From assembly GCA_013203315.1 (NCBI GenBank), contig JABMQJ010000013.1:1-63288 (forward strand): 63,288 nucleotides of DNA, read 5' to 3'. This document shows positions 1 through 10,403 of this stretch, one piece after another. The notes beneath the pieces are model-generated. The model worked only from the letters and a program-made list of their open reading frames with translations, did not search any database and was not told the origin of the DNA. The translations under genes and the position numbers were made by a program. This stretch comes from Candidatus Omnitrophota bacterium. Lineage in GTDB: Bacteria; Omnitrophota; Gorgyraeia; JABMRN01; RBG-13-46-9. How positions within the stretch are numbered: position 1 is the stretch's first letter; each line of letters begins with the position of its first letter.

Positions 1-142
1 ATTTTTTGAAGAAGAAAGAGCTCCGTCGAAAGTGCAGTGCCGCCCTCACCAATACCCTCTCATTCCGTTAGTTGGGAGGAAAGGAATTGCAAAATTCACG
101 CAGCAATAGAACAACTGGGCGATGGAAGAGGCAGGGGTTTCT

Positions 143-1360
143 TTACTTTTTCTCTTTAATTAATCTTTTGTAGATATCTATGGTGCTACGAGTAACTATT
201 TCCTTAGTAAAACTTTTTTCTACGATTTGTCTACCCGTATATCCAAGCCTTCTCCTTAGGCGTTCATCGGATAATAGCTGGATAATACGCGAGGCGAGAA
301 CTTCAAAATTCTTAATAGTTATAACGTATCCTGTAATGCCATCCTGGATAATTTCAGGCATCCCACCCGAATCCGTTACAATCATAGGCTTGCCGGACGC
401 AAGGGATTCCAGCATTGTAAGGCCGAAAGGTTCACCGCTACTTGATGGATAAATGCAAACTTTTGCAACACCATACATCTCCGATACTTCTTCCAATGTG
501 AAAGTATCAATCAAAACGTTTTTTTGAAGACCGAATATCTTAACAAGGTTCACCATGTATGCTATATCCTTCTGGTGAGAGCCTGCCCAATCAATAATAT
601 TTTTAGTTCCCGCCAGAACAAGCAAGATGTCCGGAAAACTCTTTTTTATAATGTTAAGCGCTTTAATGCTTACATCGCATCCTTTGGCCAAACCCATGCG
701 CGCTGGATGGAAAATAACACGTTTATTATTGAGTTGCGGATACTTTTTTAAAATCTTATTTGTTTTTACATTAGGCTTATAAATTTGAGTATCAATACCA
801 TGATGAACAGTTGTAATTTCTCTATCGTCAATACCGGCTCCTATCAGTTCACGCTTGATAAAGTGGCTTACAGCGATAAAATGACTCCATTTTATATCGC
901 GTGTAAGCTCAAGGAATAAAACGTCGTCCCATACGTTATGCGCTGTAAGCACAAGAGGAACGCCGAGTTTATGCGCACATTTTTCCAGTGTCTCAGCGTG
1001 GATCTTGCTAAAATAGTGCATATTGTGGGCATGAATAACATCCGGTTTTACTTTACTAAAGAAATTATTAAAAACTTTTTTTAATTCATTTTCTAGGCCG
1101 AAAAGGCCACGCTTGAAAAGCCAGTTAAGATCCATCATCGGCGTTCGATGAATACCAACGCCTTTATAGTTATCGTTGACTTTGGCGCCATCTACGGTAC
1201 CTGTCAAAAGATTTACTCTATGGCCAAGCCGCGCCATCTCAGGCATGATAATAGTAAGATGTGTCTCAACTCCTCCTATGATTGGCGGAAAACCCCAGTG
1301 AAGCTGGGCTATGTTCATATGTTTTCGAGATATTTTTTTAGAATTTTTATTTTTTTTCAT
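143..1360 (-). CDS. Glycosyltransferase family 4 (GT-B, retaining)
   Basis: GGVE N-terminal motif, HAHN, and C-terminal EPFGLTMLESLASGKPMIVTDSGGMPE donor-binding signature; AAAGGA RBS before the ATG at 1360. Confidence 0.9.
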   Translation of the reverse strand: MKKNKNSKKISRKHMNIAQLHWGFPPIIGGVETHLTIIMPEMARLGHRVNLLTGTVDGAKVNDNYKGVGIHRTPMMDLNWLFKRGLFGLENELKKVFNNFFSKVKPDVIHAHNMHYFSKIHAETLEKCAHKLGVPLVLTAHNVWDDVLFLELTRDIKWSHFIAVSHFIKRELIGAGIDDREITTVHHGIDTQIYKPNVKTNKILKKYPQLNNKRVIFHPARMGLAKGCDVSIKALNIIKKSFPDILLVLAGTKNIIDWAGSHQKDIAYMVNLVKIFGLQKNVLIDTFTLEEVSEMYGVAKVCIYPSSSGEPFGLTMLESLASGKPMIVTDSGGMPEIIQDGITGYVITIKNFEVLASRIIQLLSDERLRRRLGYTGRQIVEKSFTKEIVTRSTIDIYKRLIKEKK

Positions 1361-1447
1361 ATTTTCCTTTCGAAGTGGAATATCTTTATTAAAATCTACT
1401 TAACCCGCCTATGGTATCTCCCCTCTTAAGTGTTTGCAGTTTTCTTG

Positions 1448-2413
1448 TCATTTTTTTGTCTTGCAAAGTTCCCTTGCTAAACATGAAACTTTTTCATCCA
1501 AAAATCTTAACATTTTATATTGCTCTTTTAATTCCGGCTGGACAATTTCATCTGCCGTAAGAAAACTACGTAAACTATCTTTATATCCGCAATAACCGGA
1601 CAGAGCGCCTAACCAGAACATAAACTCTGATTTTAACCCTTCTTTTTGCAATAGCGAAAGTAGAACTTTTTCCGCCTCATGCCCTAATGAAAAATGGCTT
1701 TTCTTAAACCATCTTAATGTGGCATAAAAATATCCCATTTCCCAAAAATAATTTACATTCTCTGTAAAGTAATCAAAATCTGTAGTTAGAGCCTGACTTC
1801 TATCTTTGTTTTGTAGAATTCTAAAATTCCAGATGTGGGGATCTTCGATGCCACATCCATAGTTAAATTCGATATTTGATTTAGCAAGGTGCGGCAGAGC
1901 AGTTTTGGTTTTAGGTAAAAATACAAAATCGCAAGCAACCGCATCTTCTAAGTAAAAAGCCTCTTTTACAATAGTGGGAATAACAAACTTTTTATACCCT
2001 AAATTAATTAAGTTTAAATCTTTTAGATAGTCGCAAACCGAAGCAATGCTTGGAGAAAGATTGGCAGAGTTGTTTAAAATATAATGAGATAAAAATTCTC
2101 CGACATAGCAGCAGACAGCAGTAATATCATTTGGGTATATTCTTGCTATTCTAGGGGACAATTTGTTATTGCATGTTAAATAAGTAGTGGTCTCAAGTAG
2201 CCTTAAGTAATCGCTTCTTTTTGCATAGGTTGTGGATACATATTGCGTGGAGTCTTTGCCCAAGATATTGCATACTATTTTGGAATGCCATCTATTTTCG
2301 TTATTTAATATTTCCAGCAGTTTATAGCCATACCTTTCCAAAGGAAAGCAGAGTTTAGCGCACAAATTAGACGATATATTTACTTTCTGCATGAGTAGTT
2401 TCTTTGCCATCAT
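1448..2413 (-). CDS. Hypothetical protein, probable APH/choline-kinase-like phosphotransferase fold
   Basis: DPHIWN (D..N at +5 catalytic loop), DFD Mg-binding motif, then WEMGYF; visibly more AT-rich than neighbours. Confidence 0.55.
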   Translation of the reverse strand: MMAKKLLMQKVNISSNLCAKLCFPLERYGYKLLEILNNENRWHSKIVCNILGKDSTQYVSTTYAKRSDYLRLLETTTYLTCNNKLSPRIARIYPNDITAVCCYVGEFLSHYILNNSANLSPSIASVCDYLKDLNLINLGYKKFVIPTIVKEAFYLEDAVACDFVFLPKTKTALPHLAKSNIEFNYGCGIEDPHIWNFRILQNKDRSQALTTDFDYFTENVNYFWEMGYFYATLRWFKKSHFSLGHEAEKVLLSLLQKEGLKSEFMFWLGALSGYCGYKDSLRSFLTADEIVQPELKEQYKMLRFLDEKVSCLARELCKTKK

Positions 2414-2416
2414 TAG

Positions 2417-3223
2417 CTAAATACTTTCATCTTCAAGCCTGGCTTTTGCAAGCCAGATAGAAGTGATTTTATTCATTTTTTTAACTACTAAAGAAGAGAT
2501 GCGAGATAGCAAGTAGAGGCCCTTTAAGGAAAGATTTGGGTCGATTCTTTTCATTGAGCGCGTGTAACGACTTATAAGCGTGGCATCGCCGCCGGTTGCG
2601 ACGACTTTTATGTTTTTACCGACCTTTTTCTTGAATAAACCTATCATCCCTTCGCAGAGTGAAGCGTAGCCGTATATCATGCCGCCCCTTATGCTTGAGT
2701 GCGTGTCCTTACCTATAAAAGAGCGCGTCTTTTTGAGGTATGTTTTAGGAAGCATTGCCGTTCTCTCAGACAAGGATTCCAGGGACATCTTTATGCCGGG
2801 CACTATAAGCCCTCCTAAATATACGCTGCCCTTGGAAACAAAATCAAATGTAACGGCAGTCCCGAAGTCTATTACTAATATAGGTAAGCCGTAAGTTTGC
2901 TCGGCTGCAAAAGCTGTGATAAGCCTATCCTGGCCTATTTCTCTTTTATTATATCTGCACTTAAGCGGTACCTTTATATTGCGGCCTACTACAAGCACCT
3001 TCGTATTTTTGAAACTTTTCTTTAGGCCGCGCTCAAGTTTCTTTAGCGCTTTAGGCACTACGGAAACAATGATTATTTTATCTATTTTCTTTATTTTCCC
3101 GGCTTTATTAAGTGCTAAATTCAGATTTTGCGTAGGTACGGAAAATCTCTCTTTTATCCTGCCCCGCTTTTCTATTAATGCGAAATTTACGTTCGTATTT
3201 CCTATGTCTATTGCCAATAACAT
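2417..3223 (-). CDS. coaX: Type III pantothenate kinase
   Basis: LAIDIGNTN, GQDR, VIDFGTAVTFD, GGLIVPG, VVATGGDA motifs. Confidence 0.95.
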   Translation of the reverse strand: MLLAIDIGNTNVNFALIEKRGRIKERFSVPTQNLNLALNKAGKIKKIDKIIIVSVVPKALKKLERGLKKSFKNTKVLVVGRNIKVPLKCRYNKREIGQDRLITAFAAEQTYGLPILVIDFGTAVTFDFVSKGSVYLGGLIVPGIKMSLESLSERTAMLPKTYLKKTRSFIGKDTHSSIRGGMIYGYASLCEGMIGLFKKKVGKNIKVVATGGDATLISRYTRSMKRIDPNLSLKGLYLLSRISSLVVKKMNKITSIWLAKARLEDESI

Positions 3224-3227
3224 AATT

Positions 3228-4202
3228 TTACCTCATGAACCTTACATCGCCGCTTAAAAACACCTTCTCTTCACCGTCATCAAGCTTTACCCGGAGCCCG
3301 CCGTTTTCAGTAATATCTACGGCTTTTCCGTGAAATTTCTTTTTAGCACCGGTAGTCACGCTGACATCTCGGCCAAGGGTACAGGAATAGCTTTTCAATT
3401 CGCTTTCCAGCGCCCGGAATCCTTTTTCTTTGAACTTAATGTATTCTTCTTCGAGTATCTCAAAGAATATTTTAGCAAGCTCCACCCTTTTAAAATCACT
3501 GGATGACTTACTTTCTTCCTTTAAAGAAGTCCCGCCCTCGGGAAGCGCGCCCTTCGGCGTGTTAACATTTATGCCTATGCCGGGTATGACAAAATTGACC
3601 CTGTCCGGTTCTCCTTTTAGCTCGGTAAGGATGCCGCCTGTCTTTTTATCCGAAATCATGATATCGTTGGGCCATCTTATAAGCGCCTCAACCTGCGCAA
3701 ATTTACGAATCGCCCTAACCGCGCTTACCGCCACGACAAGGGTAATCATCGGCACTTCATTTGGTGAAATGTCCGGCCGCAAGATAAATGAAAGATAGAT
3801 ACCGCCCTTGCCGGGTGAAACCCACGTCCTGCCAAGGCGGCCCTTGCCCTTTGTCTGCTCGTCCGCTATGACAACACTTCCTTCGGAGGCACCTTTTTCC
3901 GCCAACTCGTAGGCTATGTTATTGGTCGACCCGACACTTTCGTAAAAATGAATTTCTTTCCCGATAATTTTAGTTTTCAGGTTCCACTTTATTTCCGAGG
4001 CGAGCATTTTATCCGGCGCCCGCATTAATTTGTATCCCAAATGCGGCACCGCCTCTATTATGTACCCTGTATCCCGCAACTTTTCGATATGCTTCCACAA
4101 CGCCTGCCGGGTAATGCCCAGCGACTGGCTTACCTCTTCGCCTGATAAATACGAATCTTTCTGTTCCTTGAATAGTTCTAATATTTTGTCATTCTTTTCC
4201 AT
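3228..4202 (-). CDS. birA: Bifunctional biotin-protein ligase / repressor
   Basis: N-terminal HTH (LSGEEVSQSLGITRQALWKHI), STN, QTKGKGRLGRTW, WPNDI, GGIL. Confidence 0.95.
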   Translation of the reverse strand: MEKNDKILELFKEQKDSYLSGEEVSQSLGITRQALWKHIEKLRDTGYIIEAVPHLGYKLMRAPDKMLASEIKWNLKTKIIGKEIHFYESVGSTNNIAYELAEKGASEGSVVIADEQTKGKGRLGRTWVSPGKGGIYLSFILRPDISPNEVPMITLVVAVSAVRAIRKFAQVEALIRWPNDIMISDKKTGGILTELKGEPDRVNFVIPGIGINVNTPKGALPEGGTSLKEESKSSSDFKRVELAKIFFEILEEEYIKFKEKGFRALESELKSYSCTLGRDVSVTTGAKKKFHGKAVDITENGGLRVKLDDGEEKVFLSGDVRFMR

Positions 4203-4209
4203 ATTACGC

Positions 4210-6180
4210 CTATTTTTTTAGTTTCTTTTCAAGCCCCTTTATCTGCTCGCGAAACACTATTGCCTTTTCAAACTGCAGGTTACGCGCTGCCACCTTCATG
4301 TCTTCTTCCAGGTCGTTTATGACGCTCCTTAATTCATATTCGTCGTCGTATTCACCGGTAACGTCTTTTATAAGTTCCTTGGCCTTTTTATATGATTCAA
4401 TGCCGTCCCTTACCGCTTTTTTAATCGTCGACGGCGTGATATTGTTTTTCTCATTAAATTCGATCTGAATTTTTCTCCGCCTGTTAGTTTCGTCAATCGT
4501 AAGGCGCATTGATCGGGTTATGGTATCCGCGTACATTATAACGGTCCCGTTTATGTTTCGCGCGGCCCTGCCCGCAACCTGTATGAGAGAGGTGTGGCTT
4601 CGCAGGAACCCTTCCTTGTCGGCGTCGAGAACCGCCACGAGTGATACCTCCGGTAAATCAAGTCCTTCGCGCAATAAATTTATTCCGACAAGACAGTCAA
4701 ATTTTTTAAGCCTAAGATCCCGTAAAATCTCTACTCTTTCGAGAACGGCAATTTCGGAATGAAGATACTTTACCTTTATTCCCATTTCCCGTAAATATTC
4801 CGCAAGCTCTTCGGCTAAACGCTTTGTCAGCGTAGTAACCAGCGTTCTTTCACTTTTACCAACGCGCTTTTTCACTTCGGCAATAAGGTCGTCGATCTGA
4901 TTTTCGGTAGGTTTTACAACAATCGGAGGATCGATTAGGCCGGTCGGCCGTATGATCTGCTCGATGGGCGCTTCGCTTTTTGAAAGCTCATATTCGCTGG
5001 GTGTCGCCGAAACAAAAATCATATCGTTTGTTATCTTCATGAATTCTTCAAACCTAAGCGGCCTGTTATCGAGCGCACTCGGCAGTCTGAAGCCGTATTC
5101 GACCAGGGTTTCCTTGCGGGCCCTGTCGCCGTTATACATGCCTCTTACCTGCGGAACCGTAACGTGCGATTCATCAATGAGGGTTAGAAAATTATCCGGG
5201 AAATAATCGATAAGACACGACGGCCTTGATCCCGCAGCCCTTCCGGATAAATGTCGCGAATAATTTTCTATGCCGTTACAATACCCGAGTTCACGCAACA
5301 TCTCTATATCATATTTCGTTCTCGAGGCCAATCTCTCGACCTCCAGAAGCTTGCCTTCGGATTTTAACTTAGCCAGATGCTCATCCAGCTCTTTTTTTAT
5401 CGACACGATCGCTTTTTCAATCTTATCGGTTGTGGTAACAAAATGTTTCGCGGGATAAATTGCTACTTTTTCCCGCTCCTTTATGGGTTTTCCGGTCAGC
5501 GGATTTATTTCTTTGACGGTCTTAATCTTATCGAAATCCAGCTCCACCCTGTAAGCTATTTCAAGATATGCCGGAAAGATTTCTATCGTGTCGCCCCTTA
5601 CCCGAAATTTTCCGCGCTGGAACTCTACGTCATTTCGCTCGTACCTGATATCGATTAACTTCTTGAGAAGCTCATCCCTGGTAAAACTTTTTCCCTTCTC
5701 GAGCATCAGAAGCATTTTTTCGTAATCTTCGGGTGAGCCAAGCCCATATATACAGGAAACACTGGCTACGATTATAACGTCCTCGCGCGACATGAGTGAG
5801 CTCGTCGCCGAAAGCCGGAGCCTGTCAATGTCGTCGTTTATGGAGGCGTCTTTTTCGATGTACATGTCCGCCTGCGGTATGTAGGCCTCGGGCTGATAGT
5901 AGTCGTAATAACTTACAAAATATTCTACCGCGTTTTCCGGAAAGAATTCCTTAAATTCCGCGTAGAGCTGCGCAGCGAGGGTTTTGTTGTGAGATATGAC
6001 AAGGGTTGGCCGGGAAACTTTTTTGATCACGTTTGCTAGAGTATAGGTCTTACCGCTACCCGTAACCCCGAGAAGCGTCTGAAAACGCTTCCCGCGACCT
6101 AAACCTTTAACGAGCTTTTCAATTGCCTGCGGTTGGTCTCCCTTCGGCTTATAATCGCTAACCAGTTTAAATTTTTTCAT
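4210..6180 (-). CDS. uvrB: Excinuclease ABC subunit B
   Basis: [10 protein letters not shown] Walker [33 protein letters not shown]-terminal UVR coil. Confidence 0.98.
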   Translation of the reverse strand: MKKFKLVSDYKPKGDQPQAIEKLVKGLGRGKRFQTLLGVTGSGKTYTLANVIKKVSRPTLVISHNKTLAAQLYAEFKEFFPENAVEYFVSYYDYYQPEAYIPQADMYIEKDASINDDIDRLRLSATSSLMSREDVIIVASVSCIYGLGSPEDYEKMLLMLEKGKSFTRDELLKKLIDIRYERNDVEFQRGKFRVRGDTIEIFPAYLEIAYRVELDFDKIKTVKEINPLTGKPIKEREKVAIYPAKHFVTTTDKIEKAIVSIKKELDEHLAKLKSEGKLLEVERLASRTKYDIEMLRELGYCNGIENYSRHLSGRAAGSRPSCLIDYFPDNFLTLIDESHVTVPQVRGMYNGDRARKETLVEYGFRLPSALDNRPLRFEEFMKITNDMIFVSATPSEYELSKSEAPIEQIIRPTGLIDPPIVVKPTENQIDDLIAEVKKRVGKSERTLVTTLTKRLAEELAEYLREMGIKVKYLHSEIAVLERVEILRDLRLKKFDCLVGINLLREGLDLPEVSLVAVLDADKEGFLRSHTSLIQVAGRAARNINGTVIMYADTITRSMRLTIDETNRRRKIQIEFNEKNNITPSTIKKAVRDGIESYKKAKELIKDVTGEYDDEYELRSVINDLEEDMKVAARNLQFEKAIVFREQIKGLEKKLKK

Positions 6181-7037
6181 TAAACGATTTCGAGGCTCAT
6201 GTCGACCGATTCCACGGAGTCTGTAAGGGATCCTATCGAGATGCGATCGATGCCGGTCTTGGCGTATTCTTCTACGTTTTCAATATTGATTCCGCCTGAG
6301 GCCTCAAGTAGCGGCCTTTTAGCGGATGCTATCTTATTTCTTAGTTTGATGGCTTCTTTTATGTCTCCGGGTGTCATGTTGTCGAGCATGATGATTTCGG
6401 GACGTCCTGCTAATGCTGCTCCGAATTCTTCTAAGGTTTCGACTTCGATTTCTATTTTAATATTTTTTGTAACTTTTTTTCTGATGTCGCTTATTAAATT
6501 TTTTCGTGCGGATAAATTTCCCGCTTTTATATGATTGTCTTTTATGAGTGCCTGATCCCACAACCCAAACCTGTGATTATATCCACCGCCTACCGTTACG
6601 GCATATTTCTCCAGGTACCTAAGTAGGGGAAATGTTTTACGGGTGTCGTAAATTTTAACGCCGTATTTTTTTGCAACTTCGGCAAATCTTTTTACATTTG
6701 TTGCGATACCGCTTAAAAAGCATAAGAAATTAAGTATCGTTCTTTCGGCCGATAAAATAGCCCTGGCATGGCCTTCCAGAAAAACGATTTCCTTTCCTTC
6801 ATACACGCGCTGGCCGTCTTCGACCTGAGGCTTAAATCTCACGCTATAATCTATCGTATTTATGGCCCATTCGGCTACATCCATGCCGCACAGTATAAAA
6901 TCCTCATTCGCCACTATAGCGGCTTTTACACTCTCAAGTTTGTGGACGGTATTCATGGTGGTAACGTCACCCAGCCCGATATCCTCTTTAAGGGCTGCTT
7001 TTATTATTCTCTTTGTTCTTATTTTATCGAGTTTCAT
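6180..7037 (-). CDS. nadC: Nicotinate-nucleotide pyrophosphorylase (quinolinate phosphoribosyltransferase)
   Basis: [43 protein letters not shown]. Confidence 0.96.
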   Translation of the reverse strand: MKLDKIRTKRIIKAALKEDIGLGDVTTMNTVHKLESVKAAIVANEDFILCGMDVAEWAINTIDYSVRFKPQVEDGQRVYEGKEIVFLEGHARAILSAERTILNFLCFLSGIATNVKRFAEVAKKYGVKIYDTRKTFPLLRYLEKYAVTVGGGYNHRFGLWDQALIKDNHIKAGNLSARKNLISDIRKKVTKNIKIEIEVETLEEFGAALAGRPEIIMLDNMTPGDIKEAIKLRNKIASAKRPLLEASGGINIENVEEYAKTGIDRISIGSLTDSVESVDMSLEIV

Positions 7038-7761
7038 GAAGGCCTACACATCTCTTTAGCCTTATTACTTCAAACTTCGCAAGCGGACGAAACATTCCTT
7101 CTTTTAGGCCACCCAGTACAAGCGGCCCGTAGGCTACGCGTTTTAGCTTAAGCACCGGATAACCGATAGCATTAAAAATCTCGCGCACTTCTCTTTTTCG
7201 GCCTTCGCTAAGCGTTATGAGAAGGCGCGTATTTGCGCCGCGCTTTTTCTTGAAAACAATCTTTTCAACCTGCGTGGTCTTTCCTTCTACGACAATTCCG
7301 CTCTTTAAACGCTGCATGTCCTTGTCCCTCATGGCGCCTTTCACTTTAACCTCGTAGACCCTTTCGATTCCGAATTTCGGATGCGTCAACCTGTAGGTAA
7401 GATCCCCGTCGTTTGTCAGAATAATAAGGCCTGTTGTATTCTGGTCAAGCCTACCCACCGGATAAAGCCTGACACCGAGATTGCGCACGTAATCCACGAC
7501 TGAGGGCCTCTGGCGTTCATCGCTAGAAGTCGAGACAATGCCGGTGGGCTTATTTAAAACATAATAGTGTTTTCCCCTTTCTTTGAAAAGTACTTTTCCG
7601 TCAAGGGTTATCTTGTCTTTCGAAATATCTACGTGAAAGCCTTTTTGATTAACGGGTTTTCCGTTTACCCTTATGCGATTGGATTGTATGATTAGAGCGC
7701 TTTTCCTTCGGCTTGCTATGCCTATTTTTGCCAGCGCTACCTGAAGTCTGATTTTATTCAT
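7024..7761 (-). CDS. rluB: rRNA pseudouridine synthase, RluB/RsuA family
   Basis: S4 domain (RLQVALAKIGIASRRK), LNKPTG, catalytic PVGRLD, EGRKREVR; exact target site not determinable. Confidence 0.85.
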   Translation of the reverse strand: MNKIRLQVALAKIGIASRRKSALIIQSNRIRVNGKPVNQKGFHVDISKDKITLDGKVLFKERGKHYYVLNKPTGIVSTSSDERQRPSVVDYVRNLGVRLYPVGRLDQNTTGLIILTNDGDLTYRLTHPKFGIERVYEVKVKGAMRDKDMQRLKSGIVVEGKTTQVEKIVFKKKRGANTRLLITLSEGRKREVREIFNAIGYPVLKLKRVAYGPLVLGGLKEGMFRPLAKFEVIRLKRCVGLHETR

Positions 7762-10403
7762 AGAAGCCCTATGTTCTTTTTTAAAGAGCCTATTTCTACT
7801 TTTACGCGTTCTTTTCTTTCTTTGGTTTGCTGGATAACGTTTTTAGGCGCTTTTGAAATAAAGCCTTTGTTTTTCAATCTTCCGTTTATTCTTTTAAGTT
7901 CCGCGGTAAGGCCAAGAAGCTTCTCGCCAAGGCGCTTCTTCTCCTTGTCAATGTCGATAATGCCCTCAAGCGGCAGGAAAACTTCAGTATCCCCTATAAC
8001 CGAAACGGCCGAATGTTTCGGTTTTGTTATCTTGGTTGAAATTTCTAATTTTCCCACGCGTGCTAATCTTTTTACGTAGGTAGCATTCGCGCTAAGAGAT
8101 GAAACGACACTTTTATTTTTTACCTTTATGAAAATGTCGACTTCTTTTTTGTGTTCTATTCTCCAGGTAGCGCGTAAATTCCTGATCGCCTGAACAATGT
8201 TTATGATAAGCTGCATCTGGGCGTCTACTTTTTTGGAGATAAATTCTTTTTGCATGTGTGGCCAGCTTGTAACCATGATCGATTCGGTACCGTGTTCCCT
8301 GGGGAGGCGCTGCCATATATCTTCTGTTATAAAAGGCATGATCGGATGAAGCGTTCTTAAGGATTTCTCCAACACCTTGTAAAGCGTAACCTGCGTATGC
8401 TCTTCATCCATGGTTAATTTTGCCATTTCAAGATACCAGTCGCATAACTCGTGCCAGATAAATTCATAAATTCTGTTTGCCGCGTCGTTTATTCTGTAGG
8501 CCTCCAGTGACTTTGCAAAATCACCGAGCGCCTGGTAGAACCTGCTCAATATCCACCTGTCAGCCAGGGTAAGGCTCGAGTCACCTGCCATTTGACACAA
8601 GTCTTTTTTAACCTTGTCTTCTTTTAAATTCATCAGAACAAGCCTTGAGGCGTTCCAGAGTTTGTTGGCAAAATTTCTTCCGAGTTCGAATTTTTGCGGC
8701 GCCAAAAATACGTCCTGGCCCTGCGCAGTAATGGAGATTATGCTAAAACGTAACGCATCACTTCCAAACTGATTTATAATGTTGATCGGATCGATTACGT
8801 TTCCGAGCGACTTTGACATCTTGGTCCCGGTGTCATCCCTCACTGTTCCGTGGATATATACGTCCTTAAACGGTATATCCTTCATGAATTCCATTCCGGC
8901 CATTATCATGCGCGCCACCCAGAAAAATATAATTTCCTGCGCCGTAACCAAAACATTTGTCGGATAAAAATATTCGAGTTCTTTTGTTTTCTTGGGCCAG
9001 CCCAGCGTTGAAAACGGCCAGAGCCATGAACTGAACCATGTATCAAGCACATCGGGGTCCTGTTCGATTTCGCTTCCGCCGCATTTCGGGCATTTTTCAG
9101 GCCTTACCTTAGAGACGATCACATCTTCCGAAGAAGCGCTGCATTTCTTACAGTAATAAACGGGAATCCTGTGCCCCCACCAGATCTGGCGCGATATACA
9201 CCAGTCTCTTATGTTTTCCATCCAATTTATATAAACCTTTGTCCAGCGCTCCGGATGAAATTTAAGCTTTCCTTTTTTTACAACCTCGAGAGCGGGTTTT
9301 GCGAGCGGCGCCATTTTTACAAACCACTGTTTTGAAAGCCGGGGCTCAACCATCGTGTGACACCTATAGCAGTGGCCCACCGCATGCCTGTGCGGTTCTG
9401 ATTTTAAAAATAATTTCATTTCTTTCAATTCATCTATAATTGCCTCACGCGCCTCCAGCCTATCCATGCCGCTAAAATCACCGCCGACTTCGTTTATGGT
9501 AGCGTCATCATTCATCACGTTTATCGGTTCTAATTTGTGCGCGCGGCCTAACTCAAAGTCAACAGGATCGTGGGCAGGCGTAATCTTAAGGGCCCCTGTT
9601 CCGAATTTCGGATCGACTTTAGCGTCGAAGATTATCTTAAGCGGCCTTTTTAAAATAGGAAGGATTACTGTTTTACCTTTTAAATCTTTATATCTTTTAT
9701 CTTTAGGGTTAACGCAGACCGCGACGTCGCCAAGCATTGTCTCGGGCCGCGTCGTGGCAACAATGACGTGATTCTTGCTATCTTCAATCGGGTATTTGAT
9801 ATAATAGAGCATGCCTTCCACGTCGCGATGTTGCGCCTCTTCATCACTTAACGCCGTTTTACACCGCGGGCACCAGTTTATTATATAATTTCCTCTGTAG
9901 ATTAGGCCCTTTTCGTGAAGCTTTACAAAAACTTCTAAAACCGCGTCGGATAAACCTTCGTCCATCGTGAAACGCGTTTTCTCCCAATCGCATGAGCTCC
10001 CCAGGCTCTTTAGCTGGTTAATTATCGTGGAACCGTATTCTTCGCGCCATTTCCAGACTTCTTCCAGGAATTTTTCGCGGCCAAGGTCATCTTTTGTCTT
10101 TCCTTCTACCGCCAGTTTTTTCTCCACGACATTTTGCGTCGCGATGCCGGCATGGTCCGTCCCGGGCATCCACAAAGCCTGAAACCCCTGCATTCTCTTG
10201 AACCTTACATATATATCCTGAATGGTGTTATTAAGGGCGTGGCCCATATGGAGAATACCGGTTACGTTAGGCGGAGGAATTACGATGGTATAAGGTTTTT
10301 TCTTGGAATCCGGCTCTGCGCGAAAAAAGCCCTTCTCTTCCCAGAATTTATACCACTTCTTTTCGACTTCTTTGGGATTATATTGTTTTGGAATGTCCTG
10401 CAT
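7758..10403 (-). CDS. valS: Valine--tRNA ligase
   Basis: PPPNVTGILHMGH, DWCISRQIWWGH, KMSKS, C-terminal coiled-coil arm. Confidence 0.98.
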   Translation of the reverse strand: MQDIPKQYNPKEVEKKWYKFWEEKGFFRAEPDSKKKPYTIVIPPPNVTGILHMGHALNNTIQDIYVRFKRMQGFQALWMPGTDHAGIATQNVVEKKLAVEGKTKDDLGREKFLEEVWKWREEYGSTIINQLKSLGSSCDWEKTRFTMDEGLSDAVLEVFVKLHEKGLIYRGNYIINWCPRCKTALSDEEAQHRDVEGMLYYIKYPIEDSKNHVIVATTRPETMLGDVAVCVNPKDKRYKDLKGKTVILPILKRPLKIIFDAKVDPKFGTGALKITPAHDPVDFELGRAHKLEPINVMNDDATINEVGGDFSGMDRLEAREAIIDELKEMKLFLKSEPHRHAVGHCYRCHTMVEPRLSKQWFVKMAPLAKPALEVVKKGKLKFHPERWTKVYINWMENIRDWCISRQIWWGHRIPVYYCKKCSASSEDVIVSKVRPEKCPKCGGSEIEQDPDVLDTWFSSWLWPFSTLGWPKKTKELEYFYPTNVLVTAQEIIFFWVARMIMAGMEFMKDIPFKDVYIHGTVRDDTGTKMSKSLGNVIDPINIINQFGSDALRFSIISITAQGQDVFLAPQKFELGRNFANKLWNASRLVLMNLKEDKVKKDLCQMAGDSSLTLADRWILSRFYQALGDFAKSLEAYRINDAANRIYEFIWHELCDWYLEMAKLTMDEEHTQVTLYKVLEKSLRTLHPIMPFITEDIWQRLPREHGTESIMVTSWPHMQKEFISKKVDAQMQLIINIVQAIRNLRATWRIEHKKEVDIFIKVKNKSVVSSLSANATYVKRLARVGKLEISTKITKPKHSAVSVIGDTEVFLPLEGIIDIDKEKKRLGEKLLGLTAELKRINGRLKNKGFISKAPKNVIQQTKERKERVKVEIGSLKKNIGLL

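Noticed and set aside
2-109. Open plus-strand frame (FFEEERAPSKVQCRPHQYPLIPLVGRKGIAKFTQQ*) that could be the tail of a convergent gene
   Set aside because: Only 35 codons with no recognisable motif; cannot be separated from chance without upstream sequence
30-142. Possible structured ncRNA at the left edge
   Set aside because: Only short 4-5 bp pairings, and no Rfam-type signature I can recognise
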